Source of the DNA: Octopus sinensis
Taxonomy: Eukaryota
Length of the DNA stretch: 64,000 bases
Assembly (NCBI RefSeq): GCF_006345805.1
Contig: NC_043007.1
Span: forward strand, 6,634,001 to 6,698,000
Direction: 5' to 3'
The translations under genes were made by a program, and so were the position numbers. The first letter of the stretch is position 1, and each line of letters starts with the position of its first letter. This document shows positions 54,741 through 64,000 of the stretch, in pieces. Below the pieces are notes generated by a model. The model worked only from the letters and a program-made list of their open reading frames with translations, was not told the origin of the DNA and made no database searches.

Positions 54741-56363
54741 AATAACCTTAGCATTTGATTTTTCGATGTCCTTACCCCCAAACTTTTGTGAGTTGAATTA
54801 AGCAAACACTATATATGAGAGAGATTTTCTTTAAGTATTAGAAATAGCTTAAAAAAGTTTTTTAGCTGCTATTTCTAATGAGTTCAGTATGCGGCAAAGT
54901 AATTTATTTTACTAAGCCCTTTTATATAATGTAATAATTTGAATTCGCCTTGAATGGTCCCTTTGCATACTGAACACTTGGTGAAATTGATTAATAATTA
55001 ATTAATTTTACCCTCAATTGTTGAAATTATATATATATATATATATGCGTATATGGATATATATATATTGACAGATAGATACATAGACAGACAGACAGGC
55101 AGAAGACCGATCGATAGATAGATAGGTACATGCATACAATCCTTTTTATATGTACAAATTTATTGACATAGATGCACAAATGTTAGTAAGTATATATGTT
55201 TATATGAAATCACAGAAAATGATGCAGTTGTGTAAGTACTGAGAGGATAGATGTGTGGGCCAGAATTGTAAAGGAATTTAAAGGAATTTACATGTTTATC
55301 GTTTACAATCCTAAATTTAGACCCGCTGTACAAGTAGGTTCTTTGGTTAAATCAAACGTTCTTTGACTTAGGAGAGGAATATATTTGAAAACCATTCAGG
55401 TATGTTTGTGCAAATTGAAATCTACAGGAACCCAAACACTCTACGAAGCAATATAATTTAATTTCATAAGAGCAGCAAATACACGTCTATGTTAATACAT
55501 CTTTGAAATGCAATTGACTTTGATGATATCAAAGATAGCATTTTCTGTGGGTGTGCTGTGCTTTAAAGGCAGAATATGTAATGGAAGAAAACGAAATCAT
55601 CTCAGGAAGGTCATCAGAAAGGCATTTCGATCTCCCACTGTCTTATCACTTCATCAATGGCATCAGATTGATATTCTACTAGATGGGTGTTCGCTACACC
55701 GGTGAATGCTATATTCTGTTCCCATATATCTGAGGCAACAAATGTCGTCTTACAATGGGGCTGACTGTGAGTACACGCCATTGATAAATCACAACGTGTC
55801 CAAAATGATTGTGCGGCGGCGACATTCATATTTTCCGATATATGTTCTTAAAATCAGGATATCTTTAAGAGGTAGAGTATCTGGAAAAAGACCGCTTTAA
55901 ATTACGTTTCCATGATATATCTATTGCTATTACAAGAGACTTCTATTACAACATAGGAACAATTTATATGGAACCCGTTATAACAAATATAACATATCAT
56001 GACTTTGTAATCCGCGGCATGTGATCAGAACTAGCATCTAAAGATACATAATACGTTTACGTGTTAGAGATTGGAAGCTTATAGACATTAAACGTCTGGG
56101 AATACTAAAACTATGGGATGCAGAATCAGACTCTCACTATACATAAATATAAATAGTCTACAAAATCGTCCGATTGTTCTCGTGAGATTTCTGCATTCCT
56201 CCATTCGACTCAGTGAGTTGATATTCCTGAAGACAGGCTTCATTCTTATGAGAGCGATTCAGTTAATGAATATTTCATGACATACATATATATTATCATA
56301 ACATGCTCTACTCCGGGGAACGTTTCGGTATATACATTTTGGAAAACTAAATACATGTACATG

Positions 56364-56395
<32 letters not shown>

Positions 56396-56444
56396 ACACA
56401 CACGCGCACGCACACACACACACACACACACAACACACACACAC

Positions 56445-56491
<47 letters not shown>

Positions 56492-56903
56492 TATAAATAC
56501 ATTTATAACTATAGATTTCAATTTATTTATAAATATAAAGGCATATATATCTATATATGTTTCTCTCTCTCTCTTTCCATATATATGTGTGTGTGTATAT
56601 GTGTGTATGTATGTATGTATATTACAGAGATGTACTTGCATAGCAAGCGACTTGAACTGAGATTGTGTGCTAGAACAAAAATAATTGCAGCGTGGATGAT
56701 GTTTATAGGCATTTTAAGAACACGCGAAAAACCGTTAGATTCACTTCAACATTTAAATTTATGTCAAAATATTTTCGTCGCTTTGAAATTGTGACCTGTT
56801 CACTGACAAAACTTTGTGCTGCATATATAATATGAGAGGTTTTGGCATCCAGAAGACCCAAAAGGTCTATCTATCTATCTATAAATATATATATATATAT
56901 ATA

Positions 56904-57295
56904 CTAGCAGTATCGCCCGGCGTTGCTCGGGTTTATAAGGGAAATAACTATATAAGCATTTTTAGAGTTGTAAAGTATAATAGCCATCGCAATATGGCTA
57001 ACCACAAAGGGGGGTGTTACTGTAGCTTTTTACGTTCTGAGATTTAATAATACATTTTTAGAGAGTTACTTCCCTTATATAATAGCAAAAAATGCATTAA
57101 AAATGGGAAAAAATGATGGTAATTTTTTTTTAAATCATAGACTCATCGTAGACGCGCGCTAATACACAGAAGGGCTCGATGTGAATCACAACTATAAGAT
57201 ACCCGCTTTTGGTTACACTGAACCGCAAAATGTGGGAGTTGTTAGGAATCTAAATCATAGGAGACATACACACAACTTCACTTTATATATAAAGA
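56904..57295 (-). mobile_element. Non-autonomous Helitron
   Basis: Minus strand begins a|TCTTTATATATAAAG and ends with hairpin CCCGAGCAACGCCGGG followed by ...CTGCTAG|t: 5'-TC, 3'-CTAG, subterminal hairpin, A|T insertion site, no TSD. Confidence 0.88.
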
Positions 57296-57324
57296 TATAT
57301 ATACAACACACAACACACATATAC

Positions 57325-57356
<32 letters not shown>

Positions 57357-57360
57357 ATAT

Positions 57361-57406
<46 letters not shown>

Positions 57407-57419
57407 TATAAAATAAAAT

Positions 57420-58013
57420 AAATAGTTAAGGCAATACTAGAGTATTGCTTCCAGTAAAGAATAGCCCGTGAGGGAAAATTATACATAGAAGTAAATATAT
57501 GGCACAGCGAAGTACCGATATTTACTGGAAAATAGCGAACGTAATAAATACGACGCTATTGTATAGCTTCACCGCGTATGTACTAGCAAAAATGCGTGTG
57601 TGCAACAAACTTGAAAAAAATTGTCTTACCTCCAGGGAGAACATCTGAAAGATGAAATACCTAAATAGGGATAACGTGGGACCGGTTTCAGATTTTTCAA
57701 GATATGTCTGCACACATATACTTGATTTATCTTCATAAGCCAAACATATACCCGACAACATTTCAGATGTTGCCACATCAATGCTAATACACTCGACTGA
57801 AACGCCAAAACGCTGACAGAACGAGAACGGTGAAGAAGTTTCAATAAAAATAGTAATGCAATACTAGAGTATTGCTTTCCAGTAAAGAATAGCCCGTGAG
57901 GGAAAATTATACATAGAAGTAAATATATGGCACAACGAAGTACCGATATTTACTGGAAAATAGCGAGCGTAATAAATACGGCCGTAATGTATAGCTTCAC
58001 CGCGTATGTACTA
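57420..58013 (-). mobile_element. 427-bp structured unit (~1.4 copies) with HHR variant
   Basis: GCAATACTAGAGTATTGC at 57431 and 57858 (~155-bp terminal redundancy); minus strand 57677-57742 TGG-CTTATGA-[AGAT/ATCT, TCAAG/CTTGA, ATATGT/ACATAT]-GAAAC-CG-GTC-CCA. Confidence 0.75.
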
Positions 58014-58255
58014 AATGCAGTGCTCCAGCATGACTGACACAAATAAAAGAATACATACACACACACATATATATATATATACACATATATAATATATATA
58101 TATTATTAATATACATATGTATATATATATCTGTCTGTCTGTCTATCTCTATATCTATCTATCCTATATGTATATATATATATACATATGTATATACAGA
58201 GAGAGAGAGAGATACATATATATGAGTGTGTATATATATATAATTATTATATAAT

Positions 58256-58291
<36 letters not shown>

Positions 58292-58323
58292 TATACATAT
58301 ATTATATATATATATATTATATA

Positions 58324-58390
<67 letters not shown>

Positions 58391-59057
58391 CTAAATAGTA
58401 ATGCAATACTAGAGTATTGCTTTCCAGTAAAGAATAGCCCGTGAGGGAAAATTATACATAGAAGTAAATATATGGCACAGCGAAGTACCGATATTTACTG
58501 GAAAATAGCGAACGTAATAATACGACGCTATTGTATAGCTTCACCGCGTATGTACTAGCAAAAATGCGTGTGTGCAACAAACTTGAAAAAAATTGTCTTA
58601 CCTCCAGGGAGAACATCTGAAAGATGAAATACCTAAATAGGGATAACGTGGGACCGGTTTCAGATTTTTCAAATATGTCTGCACACATATACTTGATTTA
58701 TCTTCATAAGCCAAACATATACCCGACAACATTTCAGATGTTGCCACATCAATGCTAATACACTCGACTGAAACGCCAAAACGCTGACAGAACGAGAACG
58801 GTGAAGAAGTTTCAATAAAAATAGTAATGCAATACTAGAGTATTGCTTTCCAGTAAAGAATAGCCCGTGAGGGAAAATTATACATAGAAGTAAATATATG
58901 GCACAACGAAGTACCGATATTTACTGGAAAATAGCGAGCGTAATAAATACGACGCTAATGTATAGCTTCACCGCGTATGTACTAAATGCAGTGCTCCAGC
59001 ATGACTGACACAAATAAAAGAATACATACACACACACATATATATATATATATACAC

Positions 59058-59088
<31 letters not shown>

Positions 59089-59214
59089 CATATGTATATA
59101 TATATCTGTCTGTCTGTCTATCTCTATATCTATCTATCTATATGTATATATATATATACATATGTATATACAGAGAGAGAGAGAGATACATATATATGAG
59201 TGTGTATATATATA

Positions 59215-59260
<46 letters not shown>
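58391..59260. repeat. ~971-bp tandem duplication of 57420-58390 (element plus microsatellite flank)
   Basis: Same element (HHR variant at 58649-58713), same SINE-tail scrap and the same order of microsatellites. Confidence 0.9.
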
Positions 59261-59262
<2 letters not shown>

Positions 59263-61407
59263 GATAAGAGAGGAGAGGGAGGGAGAATACGGAGAGAGGA
59301 AGAAAGAGGTAGAGAGTGCGAGAAATATATATTTGGAATTGTTAGAAAAATTCCATTTTCTAATTTCAATAATGTCTTCGGAAATATCCAATATGGTGTT
59401 CTAAACCACCAGAGATAGAAAAATGCTATATTTCATTATCTCACTTTTAAATTTGTGCATATTTCTAAACTATTTCAGTTTTATGTTCTCTAAATCGGAC
59501 TGCAATTTTCATATTGTTTCAATATATTTGAATTTATTTATTATAAAACTACCACTTAAATTTATAATGTATAACACGTGAGTATTACAGAAGTGTGAAT
59601 AAATTTATATTTTAAAGATTGATAGAAGAGATTACCTTTTACACTCTTCCCCGTCGTTTTTGTAGTTGAGAGAATGATTGAATAGAATGTTTTCTATTTT
59701 CTTATTCAGTTTCGAAGAGCTTCGAATGTGTCAAAGATATCTTTTTAAATAAGGGGTTTTAATATTTATAGCTTTCCAAATCTATGGTCGTCAGATAAAT
59801 TCGCTCGGTTTTCTACTTGGCATTCAGATTCTATATCTCTGAAATAACAAACGTTTATCAAAATTTACAAAATGATAAACAAATTTAGTGGAATAATGGA
59901 GCTGGAAAACCATAAAAGATTTCGATATATATTTTACTCGTTTATTCCAATAACATTGGAAATGATTAGAAGAAACTAAACAAAAAAAAACAGAAGTTTA
60001 ACTGGTAACCCAATATCCGCACCGGCATCCACCTCCTCTATACATGACCGTGTGAGTGTGCGTCTGTGTGTGTGGATGTGTGTGTGTGTTTGTGTGTGCT
60101 TGTTTATATATTTATATGCAACTACCTATATGCAACTACCCACTGATCCTTATTGAAAATGTTGTACATACATATATACATAGTACTTGAAAAGTTTAAC
60201 ATTAAAAACATGATAGGTGCGTGTCTTCCACCTGGATGCTTAAGCAATTCTAGGTATCTTCTGATATGGAGTATTAAACGAAAACGGAAAATTGTCCCAA
60301 GCGATTTATCCATCTACTTACGGACAACGGGTCGGGGTATACTTTTATTCCATAAATCGAGAGCTGTGTCAGTATGTATTATTTATAACTGCGCGCACTT
60401 TCATGGGTCCATGCGTGTGTTTTCACACAAATACACTCAAACACATATCTATTTAGATACATACTTGTGTACATCCATCCATCCATCCATCCATCCATCC
60501 ATCCATCCATACATACATACATACATACATACATACATACATACATACAGAGTCGCATACGTATATACATGAATACATGCATACATCTATATATAAAATA
60601 TATACATATATACATAAATGAATATATATGTGTATGTTTGTGTGTGTGTAGGTGTATAATTAAGGGCATAGAAAAAACTCTAGCCTGTACGCTGAAAGGA
60701 GACGCTAAGTCGTCGAACCACATTAGATATTTTCACTACTATTGTTACAAAGGTGTCAAAAAGCGAGGGAGCAAGTTAACGGAAATACATAAAATCCAGT
60801 TCTCGCTAGATCGGCTAATTTCTAGATTAACCCAAGGTTTTTTTTTTCATCAGCAGACAATGCCGAAGAAATCAATGAAACATTTAAATATACCGACAGA
60901 AAAACAGACGCAATGCCATGAATGCACGTAAGTACCCCAATTATGTAAAAATGCAAAGCTCTTCTCCCTAAAATGCAGTTGTTTAAAAAAATATAGAGCG
61001 GAAATTAGCACGTATGGAAGAAGACCTTCATGTCTGTGCTGATTACCATTTAAGATTTAACGCGTCATATCAATTACAACAGGGGTCCAAATTAAGCTTA
61101 GTTCCGATTTCGAATTGTAAAAACAGATGCCGTATCGTAGAAACAAGAGATGTTTACCAAGTTCTTCCTGGCTGCAACGGATACTTTAAATGACACACAG
61201 ATGTGTGCCGTACGAAACTAGGGAAGCCCATTGCGTCACACCACACAAATTACGTTGCCTAAAGCATCACATAAAATTCAACAACATATGAAATGAATAA
61301 GTAGAACGGAATTGCATAATTCTCGTTTATTCTATAATGCAGTTAACATCAAATAATTTTTGCGCGAAAGTACTGCGTTATGTGTACACCTATGTGTATG
61401 AAGTTAC

Positions 61408-61451
<44 letters not shown>

Positions 61452-61876
61452 CATAGATATATATAATGTATATTTAATATATATATATATAACTAAATAA
61501 ATATATCTATATTTGTGTGTGGGTGTGTGTATGGATATATGTATGCATGCAAAGTCAGCAAATTCTTGCTTCCACATCTTACGTATATCGTTACAAAATG
61601 CAGATAAGTTTGGTGTGAATTTGGTACGTTTGTAGTGGAAAATAATCATTGGAAATTATCATGCACGAAGATGGCGGTGGTTGTGAGGGAAGTCTCCAAT
61701 CATGCACACAAACACACCGAGGCACATACGCACACTCGTACATACAAACATACACACAAATACTTATATACATATGTACATATATAGCGAGAGGATATAC
61801 ATATATATGCATATATATTTATATATCTATCTATCTATGTATCTATGCATCTATCTATATATATATATATAGACCA

Positions 61877-62527
61877 TTGAAGAAATAGCCAAATTTTTGG
61901 CTGCTATTTCTGAAAAGTTCGGTGTGTGGTAAAGTGAATTCTTTTACTTTACCATATTTTTATAAATTAATACTTCAAATATAGCATAAATGGTCTTTAC
62001 ATACCGAATACTGCTTGGTCGAATTTATTAATAATTAATTAATTCGACCCCCTTTTTTGATAACAATATAATGCTTTCTCTCCAAGAATTTGAACTGCAG
62101 TTTTTACCTCTGTAGAAATGTAATGCTCTATGACTCACGTGGGTGGACAGGGAGAATAATAGATCTCATTCGTATTTTTGGATTCGCTAGTACTGGGTGT
62201 CTGACATGGTTTGTCCGATGTTACAGATATCGGACGGGTATGTTTGATTCTTAGTATTTTCAAATCTAAATCAGAAGAAATCTCTGAGCTGATGAAGGAA
62301 AAGTGGCGTTTTACCCACAAATCCAGAAACAGACTGTCCTCGGGTATCGTATATGGATGCGATCTTTCATTGTTTTTTCCCTTATACCTATGTGAGTTAT
62401 TTTTCTGAGTATGCATTGTCTGGAGACTTTTATTTGCAGTTGAAGAAATAGCCAAATTTTTGGCTGCTATTTCTGAAAAGTTCGGTGTGTGGTAAAGTGA
62501 ATTCTTTTACTTTACCATATTTTTATA

Positions 62528-62531
<4 letters not shown>
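61877..62531 (+). mobile_element. 563-bp HHR-containing unit with 92-bp terminal redundancy, within (TA)n; diverged relative of the 541-bp unit
   Basis: 61877-61968 equals 62440-62531; collinear shared blocks AGAAATAGC..GCTGCTATTTCT, GTTC(A/G)GT, TTAATAATTAATTAATT, GGGTATGTT and TCTGAGCTGATGA. Confidence 0.88.
62284..62343 (+). ncRNA. Type I hammerhead ribozyme
   Basis: CTGAG-CTGATGA-A-[GGA/TCC, GTGG/CCAC]-A-GAAAC-AGACT-GTC-CTCGG: stem I CTGAG/CTCGG, GUC triplet. Confidence 0.8.
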
Positions 62532-62569
<38 letters not shown>

Positions 62570-62578
62570 CAGGCTATC

Positions 62579-62609
<31 letters not shown>

Positions 62610-62933
62610 CTATTTATCTACATAACTACCTACCTATATATAAGGGTGTGTGTGTAAACATATACACATCTATGCAAATATATATATGTGTTTGTGTGAG
62701 TGCGTGTGTGTGTGTGCGGGCCTGCGTCCGTGTGTGTGTGCGTGTGTGTGTGTATGTGTGTGTGTGTTAATGTATGTATGTGCCTTTTCTGAAATAAAGT
62801 CTCATGATATATTTCAGAGATATCAATACCACATTTTCAGTAACATACCCTCTCTCTTTCCCTTGCACTCTTTCTCTTACACTTCCTTTCAGTGTCTCTC
62901 ACCTTTCCCCTCTCCCTCCCTGTTTCTCTTACG

Positions 62934-62980
<47 letters not shown>

Positions 62981-64000
62981 TGACTCTCTCTGCTCCATAC
63001 TTCCATACAGTGTTCATATGCAAGCATATATAGTGACGCAATGACATATACATTTGTATGTATACATACACAAACACACACACACACACATATATACACA
63101 TACATATACATACATGTATCTACCTGTCTACATACGCACACATACACACACACATACGTATATACATATGTATATATTTATATACGTACATAAATACACA
63201 CACACACACACATATGTCACATATATAAAACATAGTGTATCTACGATTCATTTCATATCCTGTTCCTACCCAGAACAATTATCTGTTGAAAGTAACTTCA
63301 GAAATTCAATTACGCTAAACAGTACATTGTCAATCAATATTTTGAATTCATAGGAAACTTAAACACTGGTTTTGTAATTAAATAAGACATCATCCACTCA
63401 ACGATGTTGCGCCTAATGAATAATCGATAAACGAGATGCCAAGTGTCACAGATATGAGTAGCTTTGAAATGTGTTGCCTATTTGCACAACATCGGGAGAG
63501 ATTTCTACTTATCTCTTCCTCTCTTAATCTCTCTCTCTCTCTCTCTCATACATAAATATATTACATATCTAAGTATTCCTGCATGTATACACATATATAT
63601 ATATATATATGAACTCATATATGTATGTGTATAGACAGTGATCACAGTTTCTGTAGACATGCACATCCATTTAAAGACATATTTAAGTGTGAATGTGCCT
63701 ATACGTTTGTGTAATCGTACATAATATATATGGTTATCTTGATATCTACTTCCCCTTGTATCTACCTACCTACCTATATACATACATACATACATACATA
63801 CATACATACATACATACATACATACATACATACATACATACATACATACATACATACATACATACATACGTACATACACTCATACGTATGTCAGGTCGCT
63901 CTGACTGCTATCCAGTACAAAGCAGTTTACGGTAATTTTCTCACTAATGTATCAGCGCGCCCACTGGTGATAGCGAGTGGTGTGTTAAATATATGGAATA

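Larger units (their letters stand above)
52607..55030. mobile_element. Array of ~541-bp HHR-containing units (retrozyme/Penelope pLTR-like): ~1.2 inverted plus ~3.3 tandem copies, within (TA)n
   Basis: Plus-strand units start GTTCAGTATGCGG at 53256, 53799, 54340 and 54882; 52607-53255 is the reverse complement; both ends merge with (TA)n; copies are nearly identical. Confidence 0.92.

Noticed and set aside
52734-54805. Repeated 62-70 aa ORF MLNSTHKSLGVR...
   Set aside because: Antisense to the HHR, non-ATG start, frameshifted between near-identical copies and not evidently conserved in the 563-bp relative.
53256-55030. CRISPR array or simple satellite interpretation of the tandem units
   Set aside because: No repeat-spacer alternation, eukaryotic context, and a dispersed diverged relative with terminal redundancy exists at 61877.

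Overview
AT-rich, microsatellite-dense eukaryotic non-coding DNA. The SINE types and repeat landscape suggest an octopod cephalopod (inference from recall, not verified). No intact host gene or exon could be supported, and almost all ORFs in the track are translated (TA)n/(CA)n/(TAGA)n/(TAC)n repeats. Recognisable content: several tRNA-derived SINE families; decayed non-LTR retrotransposon fragments (RTE-like, two R4/Dong-like, one L1/Tx1-like ORF1); a DD34D mariner and a DD37D (maT-like) transposase pseudogene; a Tigger/pogo-like MITE; and a non-autonomous Helitron. The main signal is a set of small non-coding elements, mostly embedded in (TA)n tracts, that carry minimal type I hammerhead ribozyme (HHR) motifs. 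They occur as tandem or terminally redundant units (~541, 563 and 427 bp) and as inverted duplications, the architecture known from Penelope-like element pseudo-LTRs and non-LTR retrozymes. Two diverged members (541 and 563 bp) show compensatory base changes in several helices outside the ribozyme. One separate element joins a tRNA-derived Pol III head to a hammerhead. All folds were read by eye; none has been computed or tested.
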